64,000 bases of DNA from Isurus oxyrinchus (GCA_026770705.1 JANJGN010000038.1:8928001-8992000); one strand, 5' to 3'; shown: positions 27,071-41,345, numbered from the stretch's first letter. Made by a program: numbers and translations. The notes: a model not told the origin generated them from the letters alone.

Positions 27071-27639
27071 CCGAATGTTGACATAGGGGGTTCGACTATC
27101 GCAATTACATTAAATTCCAAGGGGAAGTTGTTTGACGTCCTCATCCTGGAATTGGTAACATTCTGCTGTATCCTTACTGAATACATTCTGCACACCTGGA
27201 TCTCTTGATACAGATTAGAATCACAAAATACTGTTCATTGTCACGATAAACATATAATACTGCTGAAAAAGACCAGTCCAGAATAGTAGATATTGCTCAC
27301 AACTGGACCTGCACACACTGAATGTAACCGTACTGAAGAGGCAATGTGCACACTAAACCTAACTACGATGATTTTAAGGAGGTCTCATTGCTTGCAATAC
27401 TGATGATTTGGGATTTTTAACATTGAATCTAATGAGGTTGAACTGGAGCAGCCCACGCCAGAAGTAACAGTGTATAACTGACCCAGTCCTCTTTGAACAC
27501 CGGTGTCGAGAAATGAGATGTGGACGTTGAGAATTACTGTGCAGACCTGAGTCATTTCACACTCATTATGGACCAGCAGGCCCCGTCTTTGTGGAAAACA
27601 AAGATACATAAATTGAGCATTTCACACTTGAAGGAAACC

Positions 27640-29258
27640 ATGTCGATGAAATCAGTGCGAGAGTGAGAGAGGGATATTGGCTTAGAAAATCTAGATGTAG
27701 ATGCAACCTGGGTGGAGCTAAGAAGCAACAATGAGTGGAAAAGATCACTTATCTGTAGACCTCCAGACAGCAGTGTCGACATAGGGGACGGCATAAAATA
27801 GGAATTTGGATGTGCATGTAACAATGGTGTTCCAGAAATCATGGATGACTTTTAGCTACATATAGAGTGTCCAAACCAAATTAGCAATTACAATGGCGAA
27901 TGGATTCCTGTCGTGAGTACGAAATGTTTTTATTTCAGACTCGTATGTTGAGGAACAGACTGGGGATCAGGCTATCCTAGATTTGGTATAGTGAAATGAG
28001 AAGCACTTAAATCATAATCTTGTTGTGTTGGGTCCTTTGGGGAACAGTGACCAACATGATAGAATTCTTCATTAGAATGGGAAGTGAAGTAGTCTGGTCT
28101 GAAACGAGGGTGCTAAATCTAACAAAGGAATCGACAAAGTAGGAGATTTGAGTTGGCTAAGATCGATTGGAGTACTTTATTAAAAGGAAAGATGGTGTGT
28201 AGACAACGTCCAATGATTAACGAAAGTGTGCATACATTTCAAAAGTTATACTTTATTTTCTGGCCCAAAAGAACAGGACAGGAAAAACGGCCCCACCATG
28301 GGTAACAAAATAAATTAAGGATAGCTTTAGATCCAAAGAGGAGTCCTGTGAAGTTGCTAGAAAAATTAACAAGCCTAAGGATTGGGAACAGTTTAGAACT
28401 CAGCAAAGGACGACCAAGAGTTCGAATAAGGGGGGAAAATATTGGATGAGGGTAAACTTGCAAGTAACATAAAAGCGGTCATTAAAAGCATCTATAAATA
28501 TTTTTATTAAAAAACCTCACAGTCTGAAACGGGAGAATTTATAATAGAACAGTTACTTTAGCTCTGTCTTCACTTAGGGAGACATAAATAACTTCACAGA
28601 AATAGGAAGGAACGTCGGGTCTATTGAGAAGGAAGAATTCAACGAAATTAATGTTACAAACACAATTGGGCTGGAGAAATTAATCGGACTGAAAGCCAAT
28701 CAATCCCCAAGGCCTGATAATATACATCTTGGGGTACTAAAGGAGGTGGCCATGTAAATAGTGAGTGTAGTGGTTGTCATCTTCCAAAATTATGTAGATT
28801 CTGCAACAGTGCCGGCAGAATGCAAGGTGTTAAATATAACCCCGCTATTTTAAAAAAGAGTGAGGGAGAAAACAGTGAATTACAGACCAGTCAGCCGAAC
28901 CTCAATAGTAGGGAAAATGCTAGAGTCTATTGTACAGTATGTGATAACAGGACATTTTAAAAATATAAATGGGATGAGACAAAGTCAACATGTATCCATC
29001 AGGGGAACTCATGTTTAACAAACCTACTGGAGTTTTTAAGGACGTAACCTGCAATAAAGATAAGAAAGAACCAGTGGCTGTGATGTATTTGGAATATCAG
29101 AAAGCCTTTGACAAAGACCCACATAAAAGGTTAGCGTGCAAAATTAAAGACAGGGAAGAAAGCAGGAATAAGTGGGTCTTCTTTGGCGTGGCAGGAGGTG
29201 ACGAGTGGACTAGCAGGGATCAGTGCTTTGGCCCGAGCTATTTACAATATATATAAAT

Positions 29259-29301
<43 letters not shown>

Positions 29302-30250
29302 ATATATATATATATATATCAATGATTTGCATGACGCAACAACAGGCAATATTTCCAATTTTTGATGACACGAAACTTGGTGAGGATGTGAGCGATGAGG
29401 CAAGTGTTCAGACGCTTCAAGGCGACTTACGCAGGTTGAGTGATTGGGAAAATAAGTGTGAGGTTATCTGCTATGGCAGGAAAAGCAGATTGGCAGAATA
29501 TTATTTAACTGGTGATACATTTGGAAATGTTGATGTGCAAAGGGACCGAGATGCCCTTACGCAGCAATCACTGAAACCAGGCATGCAGGTGCAGCAAGCA
29601 GTTAAGGACGTAAATGGTACGTTGACCTTTATTGCGACAGGATTTGAGAGCAGCAGCAACGATGTCTTACTGCAGCTGTGCATGGTCATTGTGAGATCAC
29701 ACCTGGAGTAGAGTGTGCAGTTCTGGTCTCCTTACCTAAGAAAGGATATATTTGCTGTAGAGGGAGTTCAGCAAAGGTCCGCCACGCTGATGTCTGGGCT
29801 GGTAGAATTGTCTATGAGGAGAGATTGGGCCGGCTAGTCCTTTATTTATTGGAGCTCAGAAGAATGAGAGGCGATCGCATTGAAACATATGAAACTCTGA
29901 CAGGGATGTACAGGCTGGTGCAGGGATGATATTTCCTCTGGCTCGGGCGTCTAGAACAAGGGGTCACAGACTCAGGATACGGGGTAGACCATTTAGGACT
30001 GAAATGACGAGAAACGTCTTCAATCAGAAGGTGGCGAACCTGCGGAATTCTCTAGCACAGAAAGCTGTGGAGGTCAAGTCACTGGATATATTTAAGAAGT
30101 AAATAAATAGACTTCTAGCCTTCGAATGCATCAAGGGGTATGGGGAGAATGCCTGACTAAGGCGTTGAGATAGAGGAACAGCCGTCATCAAACTGAACGG
30201 CGGAGCAAGCTCGAAGGGCTCGAAGGAGTAATCCTACTCCTATTTTCAAT
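27640..30250 (+). mobile_element. Degenerate CR1-type LINE (endonuclease-RT ORF2 remnant)
   Basis: Fragments NYRPVS.TS.VGKMLE, YLEYQKAFDKDPH, FDDTKLG, LQGDL.RL..W, LVRSHLEY.VQFWSP and LELRRMRGD.IE.Y, with many frameshifts. Interrupted by (TA)n. Confidence 0.9.
29245..29319. repeat. (TA)n microsatellite
   Basis: Long atatatat tract inside the LINE. Confidence 0.9.
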
Positions 30251-31193
30251 ATTTCGGTGGATAATTTTTTCCGCACACTGAAGAAAGCATGAGGAATTAA
30301 CTATCTGCACAAGATTTATAACACTGCTTCACATGTGCGCATTGAAGATAGCAGTTAAAATGGGGCCTGTCCATATTCATTGCAAGATGACTGAACTGGG
30401 CCTTTGCAGACTTAGTGCAGCCGTGCATAATCTCGCCTGGCGCTACGGAAAGCGATTTACGGGAAAAGGACGTGCACATTTACCCTTCCTTATCCGTCAT
30501 GAATTAATGTAACGTGGCAGAAATGGAGCCTCGACACATCACATAACCATACCGAACTGGAACGGTCCACATTAACTAGAATCGTGCTCAACTGGACCTC
30601 CGTTTACGGAGTTTAAGCGTACTCTCTATAATTATGCAGAATTAATGCATAAGCGCTTGACTGCATCTGACCAAGTAAAACGTAGCCGTTCACAGCTACA
30701 CAGCTATGCACAATCACTACAACTGGATTTGACATGTCTGCAATGAATTTAACTGATATGGAATAATCCACACTGCAAGAAGCCGTGAAGAAGGTTTGAG
30801 TACTTGAAAGCTAAGTAAAGGTGATGAGTTGAACATTTCCATACCAAATGCGAACAGAATGAGACAGCAAATGCTGGAAATACGCAATAGACCGTTCAGC
30901 ATCTGTGCAGAGAAAACGGTAAAAGGTTCAGATCCATGACTTTACATCGAAGTTGGGGAGTAGGTAGCAATGGAAGAGTTCTTGTTTTCACTATAGCGGC
31001 GGGAAACGGTTGTGGTAAAGGACAGATGATAAAGAAACATCAATGTAGGTTTGTGTTAATGTGGAAGACAGAAGGGCACTTTGTGAGAATGTTCTTTCAG
31101 AACAATGTCAGTGAGCTTGAAGAGCCTTCTACTCCGTCAAAATAAAAATAATTTCCTGTCAGCTGCAGCACGAGCATCTTTGTTTCAATTAGC

Positions 31194-31255
31194 GTAATTA
31201 TTGCAAAAGATCAAAGCGTCTAATTGTCTCCCTGGAGGCTGGCTTGAGATATATC
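31194..31255 (+). promoter_or_regulatory. Core promoter module of GPCR gene 2
   Basis: GTAATTATTG at 31194, TAATTG at 31221, CTCCCTGGAG at 31228, TATATC at 31250. ATG lies 113 nt after the first motif, as in gene 1. Confidence 0.65.
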
Positions 31256-31306
31256 TGTGACTGTCTTTAGTTGTGGTGCAGAACACACTCGCAGCTGGTG
31301 ACAGAA

Positions 31307-33675
31307 ATGCACGGATTGCCGAAAGGTCTTATTTTCATCATATATTATCCCGTCATTGCAGCGATCGGGATTGCAGGTTAAGTATTTTGGTTTGCTATGC
31401 TATTGAAATCAATGTTTAATCACTTCTCTTTGGTTTGCTTTCATTTTAGTGAATCATTGTTCGTATTTAGGAGCTTTGCTTCTACATGGTACGATATTCG
31501 TTCTCCCATTAAACAGAACAATCTATCAACATTACGGCGACATCGTCCCACTTTATCACCCTCGATAATGTGACTTTTTTCCACTTCAAGGGAAATGCTT
31601 AATTTAATTCTCCATTTTATCAACACAATTGTTTTCTTTTACTGACATGATTAGTCGTCATCACATGCCGAGTCGCTCAAGTTTGACTGTGTCATTTCTT
31701 CCGTTGGACATAGTTTCTCCCCAATGCAAGAATAATAATTCAGCAGTAACAATGCACTATCTTCCCTGAGCTAGTAACATTTAGTCAGTTTAATTGGACA
31801 CTTTCATCTGTTAACTGCCACCGTTCGAGGTTTTAGATGTTCTTTTATTTTATTCTTGGTATTTTTCAAAAAGCGTAATGTATAACGCTGTTACCACTGA
31901 GGAAAGGTTTTTCTATTGTTTCAACGGCATTGTCACCGTGGGTGAATTATTACAGAGGAATTGTATTTGTATTATGCATTATCTCATTCTTTTCCCTTTA
32001 ACATTTCGCTGGAATATGAACAGTATTTATCTGATAAATCTGTGCTGAATATTAAATGACTGGCCCAGGGTTTCTTGCCTTAGCGGAAACCTGGCACCCT
32101 GGGCGGAGAGGAATTCTCAGGGAGCTGAAGTTGGGCTTGAATCCAGGACATTTTGATTCTAAAGCTTGACGTCTTTCAATTTAACAGCAACTGGACATTA
32201 AAATGTGTGTGGATTTCCTCCCTGCTGTGAAGGACAGTTGTGTTCACTGCACGTCATCATAACTCATGAGTTTTAGTTACCTTTTATTTCCTTCCAAAGG
32301 AATTTTTTTTTTCATTTTAGCTGTTCTCATTTGCTGGATTATGCCCACAAAAGTAACACTTTGTATTTAATTCCATTCAACGCCATCTACTCAGTTTCTG
32401 TCAAATTCTTAGGTCGATTTAATATTGCGTACCTTTCTGTTTCCAATGTCCTAGCCTGTTCTTCTCTAAACAGCAAGCAGGAGGATATTTGATCGTTTTT
32501 CATTTAACTGAGTAACAATGCAGCAATTTGAATATTCACTATAGGGCCGAGCCTGCATTCTTCCTGTAAATCAGCACAGTATTGACAATTTGCTGCATTT
32601 TGGAAAGAGTCTTTCTTTCTCCACTGGAGCATATAAGTCATAGGACTGAAATGGGAACATTGCTCTCTTTTCATGACCAATGCTGTATTTGTGAGTTTAT
32701 CAACATTTCCTGTTCTATATTCATTTGTCCCCACCGCAAACCTACTGGTTATATTCCTCTGTCACAGCTAATCTGGCAGTAATTGTGATCCTGTCTCGAG
32801 GAAGATGCGGTCTCACTGGACGTATCACATACTACCTGATGTCCATGGCCGTGACGGATCTCCTGATCATGATCCTTGCTGTGATGTTAAACCGGATTGT
32901 AGGTACATATTTCCCATTCAGTTTCCTCTCCATCACTCCGGCCTTTGCTCTTAGTCTTGTGTTCATATATGGCGTCAGGGATTCTTCTGTCTGGGTGACA
33001 GTTGCTTTCACCTTTCATCGATTTGTAGCCATTTGTTGTCAGAAGCTGAAAACCAAATATTGCACCAAGAAATCAGCAGCTGTGGTCATAGGAACTGTCT
33101 GCGTTGTGCATTGTGCTAAAAAAATACCCTTGTACTTTGCTTGTGAACCTTCTGTTATCACGGACAATACACCCTGGTACTGCAAACTAAAGCCAATATA
33201 TTATTTGTCACCCGGATGGGTGGCATATGACAGCATAAATGCCGTTTTAACCCCTTGTCTCCCATTCGTTCTTATTTTGCTGCTCAATGTTCTGACGGTC
33301 AGGCACATTGTTGTGGCCAGTCGAGCCCGCAGAAGACTCCGAGCGCACAGCAAGAGCGAGAAACAAAGCGACCCAGAGATGGAGAAGAGGAGAAAGTCCA
33401 TCGTTTTACTCTTTGCCATCTCGGGAAGTTTCATCCTGTTATATTTCCTCGCTCTTATAACTTTCCTCTACGCACGAATTGCCAGCGTTAGTTATTTCGA
33501 TGGCTCGAATTTCAATCAATCAAATGTTATACTGGAGGAATGCGGACTTATGCTGCAGCTTTTAAGTTCCTGCATCAACCCCTTTATTTAGGCAGGTACC
33601 CAGAGTAAATTCAGAAAGGAGTTAAAGAATGGTGTGAAATATCCATTGAGTCTGATTGTTAATTTTTTTAAATGA
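31307..33675 (+). pseudogene. GPR139-like GPCR gene 2 (exon 1 31307-31376, exon 2 32768-33675); premature stop, probable pseudogene
   Basis: Exon 1 MHGLPKGLIFIIYYPVIAAIGIA G|GT; exon 2 acceptor gtcacAG|. Close paralog of gene 1, but the NPxxY Tyr codon is TAG (33589-33591) and DRF is changed to HRF. The frame continues AGTQSKFRKELKNGVKYPL... to the ancestral TGA at 33673-33675. Confidence 0.85.
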
Positions 33676-34649
33676 TGAAAGCAGTGAAATCGAACATGAA
33701 TTCTACATTATACCCCACCCATTGCTGTTGCTGTACATGTTACATATGGCTTCTACCCGCAGAAACAGAGTTACCTCCTGCCCGAGGTGTGAATTCAGAA
33801 TTATGTAACTAACTCTGCATTTTCCCAGTTAGTTTTTATTTTTTGTCCCCTTTCCAGAGCGGGCCAGGTACATTCCCAACTGTCCCTAAGGTCTCGGGGT
33901 GTCTCGACGTTCATTTAAGAGACAAAGTGTCCGACAAGAATGGATAACTTGGCAACAAAGTTTCACTATTAAATGTAGGAACCTCGCTGTCTCTCCTTCC
34001 TATGTTTTGGAACTTGATGGTAGATGGCGCCCTGAAATGGAAACGGACACTGTCCCCACCCATTGTTCTATATTGAGCAGGCTCCGCTTCACACTTGAAC
34101 TCTTTTTCCCATAAACATAGCAAGAGAGAACTGGAGTATTACAGACACAGATAAAGGAAACATTTTGTTTGCCTCTTCCATTTGGCAATGGAGGCGAAAT
34201 CCGCAGAGTCATCATACAGTACAAGTCACACTGGCAACAATCTCCCCTTTTAAATGATTACAAATCGCAACTGGCCAGAACAAAAAAAAACAAATTTAAT
34301 GGAAACATTATCTTCACCATCCACAATGCATTATAAAAGTTTATTGCCATCCTGATACAGAAACAGTAATTAGAATGGAATTGTAGGTTACGCTTCGCAA
34401 TGACCCCCTTTCCCAATCGTGGATAAATGCTACACACTTGCTGTTATTTGGAATTTCCCGTGTCGTGACTTACACCCACACCGAAAGTCTCAAGACTCAG
34501 CATTGCTCTCAGCAGAAAACCCAATCCAAGGCATTCATGCTGTGTACATATTATCATTTGTTATGTCTTCCGATGTTATTTGAAACAAACCGATTGCTCT
34601 GCACTTTATAAGGGATTTGACTAAAGGATTAAGTAGCAGAAAAATGCAC

Positions 34650-35035
34650 ATGTTTTAGAAGCTTATGCTCTTGCACTTATCAGGACAATTTGCAAGAGTA
34701 ACGCCGATTTCAACTGAACAAAGGATGGGAGAGTCTGTCTCTGGCTTATGGCCTCATGAAATGTCTTGACCAATCAGAGTCAACATACTTGATTTGAATG
34801 TAAACAACGGTTGACAGTTAACTTCCAGTCATCAGGTCATTATCGCATTCTCTATTACAACGCCACGAGTAATCCATTTTCACTCGCCCATCAATCATCA
34901 CTCTCTTCTCATGACGTTTTAAGTGTTGTTCCCTTTGATTTTTTTGTTACTCATGCGAATTGTCCAGAGGAGTCCAAGATGAAAAGTTTCGAAAGCATGT
35001 GTCTTTGATCAGCACTCTCACATTCTGTTCTACCA
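34650..35035. mobile_element. Short element with imperfect terminal inverted repeats (Penelope-derived or MITE-like)
   Basis: Left end agcttatgctcttgcacttatcaggacaatttgcaagagtaac is roughly complementary to right end gttactcatgcgaattgtccagaggagtccaagatgaaaagttt. Relatives at ~42040-42200 and ~62290-62530. Confidence 0.5.
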
Positions 35036-35039
35036 AACA

Positions 35040-36430
35040 ACGAGTGAGTCCCACGTCAGTGGTCCGGAAACTATTGGAGAAAATTCTGAAGGAAAGAATC
35101 TACCTTAATTTGGAGAGAGAAGGTTTGATAAGAGATATTCAGCATTGTTTTTTCAGAGGTAGGTCATGCCTAAAAAATTTGACTGAATTTTTGAGGAGGT
35201 GACCAGGTGTGTACATGATGGTAGTGCAGTTGATGTAGTTAATACGGATTTCAGAAAAAGCCTTTGACAAGGTCCCATATGGCAGCCTTATAAATAAGAC
35301 AAATACGCATGGGATACATGGTAATTTGAAAAGGTGGATTATAAATTGGCTTAGTTGTAGGAGACAGAATGTGATGATAGAAGGTTGCTTTGGTGACTGA
35401 AAACCCGAGTCCTGTGGTGTACCACAGAGATCTGTGCTGGGTTGCCTATTATTCGTTATTTATATAAATGACATAGATGACTATGTGGGGAGTAGGAATA
35501 GTAAGGTTGCGGATGACACAAAGATTGGCCAGTTGGTTTACAGTGAGGTTGAGAGGCTTGGGCTGGAGGAAGATATCGGCGTGGTGGTCAAATGGGCAGA
35601 TAAGTGGCAGATGGAATTTAACACTGGAAAGCGTGAGGTTATACACTTTGGAAGGAGTAATTTGACAAGGAAGTATTCAATGAACGGCATGGCACTAGGA
35701 AGATCTGAGGAACAAAGGGACCTTGGTGCACGTGTCCATAAGTCTCTGAAGGCAGAGGGGCATGATAGTGGGGTGGTGAAAAAGGCATTTGGGAAATTGC
35801 CTTTCTCAATCGAGGCACGATTGCAAAAGTAGAGGGGTCATGTTGGAGTTGTATAGAACCTTGGTGAGACCACAGCTGGAGCGCTCTGTACAGTTTTGAT
35901 CGCCAAATGATAGGAAGGATGTGATTGTGCTAGAGGCGGTGTAGAGGAAGTACACGTGGATGCAGCCTGGGATGAACCATTTCTGTTATAAAGAATGGTT
36001 GGATAGAGTTGGGTTTTTTTCGGCGAAACAGAGAAGACTGAGGAGCGGCCAGTTCAACGTGTACAAGCTTGTGAGGGGTATTGAAGGGATGGATAGGCAC
36101 AGCTGTTCCCCTTAGTCAAAGGCTCAGTCACGAGGGAACACAAGTTCAAGGTGAGGGGCAGGAGGTTTCGTGGGGATGTGAGGGAAAACCTTTTTTACCC
36201 AGGTATTGGGGACCGTCTGGAATGCGCTGCCTGGGACAGTGGTGGAGGCGGGTTGCCTCACGTCCTTTATAAAGTGTCTAGATGAATACTTGGCACGTCC
36301 TAACATTCAAGGTTGTGGGCCAAGTGCTGGTCAATGGGATTAGTTAGGTAGGTCAGGTGTTTCTCACGTGTCAGTGCAGACTCGATGGGCCGAAGGGCCT
36401 CTTCTGCACTCTACGATCCTTTGATTCTGT
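35040..36430 (+). mobile_element. Degenerate CR1-type LINE, RT and 3' end
   Basis: PVSLTSVV.KLLEKIL, QH.F..GRSCL.NL, LLF.IYINDID, ADDTKIG, W...WQMEFN..K, followed by a typical CR1 3' tail (atgggccgaagggcct). Confidence 0.9.
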
Positions 36431-38569
36431 GACTACTTATTAATTTTTCCATGAAGTGATTGTCATGATTATAAACAGCAGAATCAAATCTCTAAATTCG
36501 CTGACCTATCAACAATTGAAGCGAATGACTGACTCTCTTCTCGCCTAAACATCGTTTTAATCATTTTATTATCTGAGTGAATGCACTTGAATTTGAAAGA
36601 ATGGGACAACTGGCAATATGCTTCCTCGCCGATGGTGCAGGTGAACGATTTATTACCTGTGGAAACATTTCAATAAATCTCCAGCTGGGGTGGGCAAACA
36701 AATCCCTTTCTATGGTCCAGGTATTTCCAAGGTTTGCTTCTGTAGAGTACGTCCTGTCTCTGCCCAGGTTGGGTAATCCATTGAAATCTATTCCACAGAC
36801 AGAAGTGTTGCAGGGTCTCTCCCCATTGCAAATGCTGCAACTTCAATTGTAATTCTATGTAAGTGATTGCAGATCTTTGCATCGTCATTGCATTAGAACA
36901 CTCTCAGTTGGGTGCCTGTTTTATTGTGCTTCCAGCAACACTGGCCTTTGAAATTAAATTCCACTGTCTGTATTGGCAAACATTGCTCCTTTTTTTTGTT
37001 TTACTTTCTGTTCTCCATTCGTGGGTTCCCCTCTCGCTGTCGCCTGAAAGAATTGCTTTTGGATGGTTTTTAGTTTTGCATTTACCCAACAGCCTTGGAG
37101 TTCCTCTCCTGAAGATGTTGACTCAGAGGAAAAGCAGGATACATCCAGCTGCTCTAATATTTCCTATAATTCAGTTAGATCATGGGTAATCTATATATAA
37201 CTTGCATCTACCGACTTTAGTTTTATTCTCTTTCAATGGTTTTCCTGAAAGTAGTCATTCTATCTCATTTTCACATGTTCGATTGACGCCAATTCTCTTT
37301 GAATGTTTAGGAGAAAATGGTCCAGGGGCATGGTAACACAGTAATTATTTTAATGGACTAAAACACGAAATCCATTTTATTGATTAATTTAAGATCCCAC
37401 AGCAGTGGCTAAAGTAGTTGAATTAAGTTCTCTAAATGCAACTGAAATTAAGAAGGCAAAGAAAAAGAAAAATGACACATCACGAATAATGACCATGAAA
37501 GTATATTCTTATCAAGAAGGAAAAAATTGCGTTCTGTTTCATTAATGCATCTTAGTGCAAGGATTGTGCTTTAGTTCCCCTGCTTGGAGAACATGTGATT
37601 CCAGACCCATGGAGATGTATTTAAGTGTTAACCATTGTCTGAAATGGTCGAGCAAGCCGCCATGAAACAAAAAAAGAAAAGTAACAGTGTGAGGAACACT
37701 CGTGATTTTCCCAGCTGCTGGAAGCTACAAAGGGAAAGCCAGCCCAATCGATCCTGCAAAGCTCTCCTCATTCACATCTTGGGACATGAGAGCTGACCCT
37801 CAAACTAGCCAATGGAAAGTCTGACATTGTCGGACTCGCCGAATCAAACCGTTGAGAAAATGTTCCAAACTCTTCCATCACCAGCTCTATTCATGTACTG
37901 TCCCAAAGGCATAATGTCAAAATGTATAGTAAAATGTGGCACGCTATTTGGCCACAACAGAACGGAACAGTTGTCTTCAAACTCGAAACGGGCTAAATCA
38001 CAATTAAATTTAGACAATGTTCAGATACCTCTTTGAGTTTTGCGAAGAGCAATTAGATCTCCTGGCCTTGAAGAAAAAAGCTTTGTAATCTTGAATACAA
38101 CTATATCATTGCAGTAAAAATAATACATTGTGCATTCCATGGCTAGTAATTATAAAAACGTCAATCTTTCAAATTTGCGCCTATAGTTTTGGAGCCAATG
38201 TAGTTTTTAACCGCCAGGCATCAGAAAGCATACGAAGCAAAACACACGAGTTCAGTTATTGACCTGTTGTAGCCATCTTCTTAATTGGGATGATCCATAT
38301 AGAGAAGTCGTTTTCAAAGTGGACATCATTTCAGTAGTTGAATGTTGCAATTGTGATCCATCTTTGAAAGTAATAATACCAGGCATCCAGTGTAGTTATA
38401 TTACACATAGTCTCCCATGTGGAAGTGTTTTCATAATTATATGCCAATTTGAATTTTGTCTAGTTAGCAAATGTCATGTGAATTTTGATTGCTTCTTATA
38501 CCAGGTTGTGCTATTAAAATCAGGGATTTGAATTGGTTATTTCTTCTTGATGCTTTCACATGTCATGGA

Positions 38570-38910
38570 TGTCACTGAACAGGCCATCATTTGTTGCCCA
38601 TCCCTAATGACTTTTGTCCTGAGTGGCTTACTAGGCCATTTCAGAGGACTGTTAAGAGTCAACCACATTGTTGTGGGACTGGAGTCACAAGTAGGCCAGG
38701 CTAGTTAAGTGAACCAGATGAGTTTTTACAACAAACTGTGATAGTTCCATGGTCACTATTGCTGGGGCTAGTTTCACAATTTCTGATTCATTCAACGAGT
38801 TTAAACTCTATCTGCTGCCGTGGTTTGATTTGATCCTCCCTCTCTAAGGTGTTAGCCTTCACACCTGGATTATTAGCTTTATGACAGTGCAACGGCGCCA
38901 CCATCATCCC
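38570..38910 (-). mobile_element. SINE copy with LINE-like 3' tail
   Basis: gagtggcttactaggccatttcagagg...gagtcaaccacattg...gagtcacaagtaggccag...gaaccagatg, same family as 1-240. Confidence 0.7.
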
Positions 38911-39779
38911 AATGATATGGAGAGAAAAAACATGCAGAGAAACACAGAGAGGTTTGGAAATCACACATACAATTGTGCTGCTTTAGGTTACACTGGGGAT
39001 ACGTATCTCCTTTCAGTTTAAGATTCTACTTCAACCAATATATTGGTTTCATTTGTCCAATCCAGATATTTGAAGAAAGTTTATTTGAGATGTAAACTAT
39101 TGTATCTCAATTAACCAATTATAAGAAACAATAATTCATCGAAATGGATGAAATTATTTGAAAAGCAAGTATACAAAAATAAATCTGCAGTCTCTTTGTC
39201 CGCAGTGCTTTAGGCAAACTCGCTAAATGGTCACAGCTTTCCCTTTCGGGCCTGAAAAGACCTGGGTATATCTCAAATTATTCGGGAAGACTCAGGTAGC
39301 CCAAAATTGGAGCAACAAAAAAAAAATGTTGGCACGATGCAATGGCGACACGAGTGGTATTGTCCACGAATTGGTTGAAGATAATAGAACAAGCCAAGTT
39401 TCTACGCACCAGGCAATTGAGTAACGCAATGTATGAATCCCAGCGCCAGCAAAGTGAGTCAGAGATCTCAGCGATTGGTCGGTCAAGTCAAACAAAATGT
39501 CCCTCCACCCGGTACGTAATATACAGAACAAAGATCCAATTGAAGCAGCCCGCGCTTGTAAAACTCGAATCAAAACTCCAACAGTTAGAAATGATTCCAC
39601 GAATGGTCACAGTCATTGAGAAGCCTTGAGCGCGCTAATTGCGGCACACTAGCAAGAACTTCAAGGTAATCAGTCAAGTTGTTCACGTGGTTCATTAAAA
39701 CTTGTCAGGGGCAACATGCATTCATAAACAAGGACTCGATCTCTGCAAACTAAATAAATTTTCCTAGGTTTTTTTCAAA

Positions 39780-40190
39780 TTTTGTGTCCAGAATTTAGGC
39801 TTCACTGGCTAGGCTAACATTTATTGCCAATCGCCAATTGTCCTTCGGAAGGTGATGGTGAGCCGCGTTCTTGAACCACTGCAGTCCATGTGGTGTACAT
39901 ACAGCACAGTGCATTTACCGAGGAAGTTCAAAGATTTAACCTCCACCACAGTGAAGGAGCGATGATCTGATCGAAGTCTGGATGGTGTGTGGCGTGGAGG
40001 AGAACTTGAATTCGATGGTGTCCTTATTTATTTCTTGCCCTTGATCTTCTAGGCAGTAGAGATCGTAGGTTGGTAAGATGATGTCTAAGAAGCCTTGGTG
40101 AGTTCCTGAAATGCATCCTGTACGTTGTTCACAACTGCTGCCTCTTTGCATCGGTGGTGCAGGGACTGTTTGTTTGTCGATGCGGTGGTA
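39780..40190 (-). mobile_element. L2/CR1-group LINE 3' fragment
   Basis: Homologous to 7945-8330. Confidence 0.65.
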
Positions 40191-40204
40191 ATAGCTAAGT
40201 GATG

Positions 40205-41345
40205 ATAAGAAATTGCAACAGCAGTAAGCCATTAGGCCGCTCAAGCCTGCCCCGCCATTCAATAACATCATGGCTGATCTGCACCAGGCCTCAAATCCTC
40301 TTTACTGACAGCTCATCATGAAGCTCAACTCACGATATTTCAAAAATCTATCCATCTCTTCTTTAAATACCTTCAGAGATCAAGCCTCCACAACTCTCTG
40401 GGGTAGAGAATTCCAGACATTCAATACTCTCAGAGAGAAGATATTCCTTCGCAACTCATTTTGTATGTGTGGCCCCTTATTATGTAACTATGTCCCCTTG
40501 CTCGAGATTCCCCCACTAAAGCGAACATTTTCTCAACATCTACCTGTCAAGCAACCCCTCCCCTCAGGATTCTGTTCGTCTCAATAAGATCATTCCTCAT
40601 TCTTCGAAGGGCTAATAAATAAAGTCCTAATGTGTTTAGTCGTTCCTGATAAGTCAACTCCATCATCCCAGGAATCAGCCTAACGAATCCCCTTTGAACT
40701 GCATCTGATGCCAATATATCAATTCTTAAATACAGGGGCCGAAAGCGTTCACAGCACTCCAGGTGGGGCCCCACCGAATCCTGCATATTTGTAACAAGAC
40801 CTCTCTATTTTTTAAACTGTAACCCCCTAGCAACACAGACCAAAATGCCATTTGCCTTCTTAATTACTTGTTACATTTGCATGTTAACGTTTTGTGCTTC
40901 GTACACAGGAACAATCAGAGCCTGCACGTTTTTGAAGTCTCTCTCCATTTTAATAATAGTCTGTCTTTTGATTCTTCCTACAAAAGTGAATGACCTCACA
41001 CTTTCCAGCATTAAACTCCATCTGCCAAGTGTTTTTGCTCACTCACTCAACCTATCTACAACACCTTTTACATTCCTTATGTCCTTTCACAACATGTCTT
41101 CTCACCTATTGCTGTAGCATCAGCAAATTTGGATACATCACACTCTGTCCGCTCCTCCAAGTCATTGCAATAGCTAATAAATAGTTGAGGTGCTAGGACT
41201 GATACTGTGGCACTCCATTTGTTGCGTCTTTCCAACGCTTCTGAAAAGGACCCATTAATCCAGACTCTTTGTCTCCTCTCTGTTATCCAATCCTCAGTCC
41301 ATGCTACTACATTTCTCTCAATACCACGGGCTCTTAACTTGTGCA
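40205..41345 (-). mobile_element. Degenerate CR1-type LINE 3' portion
   Basis: ORFs 41077-41346(-) KLRARGI...WITERRQRVWINGSFS...SKFADAT and 40547-40786(-) PHLECC...YQERLNTLGLY.L..RR.R.DLIE. Confidence 0.85.

Noticed and set aside
1782-39955. Isolated CACAGTG heptamers (e.g. ~1782, ~8553, ~12264, ~17995, ~19262, ~39905, ~39947)
   Set aside because: None has a nonamer at 12 or 23 nt, or an adjacent V, D or J sequence.
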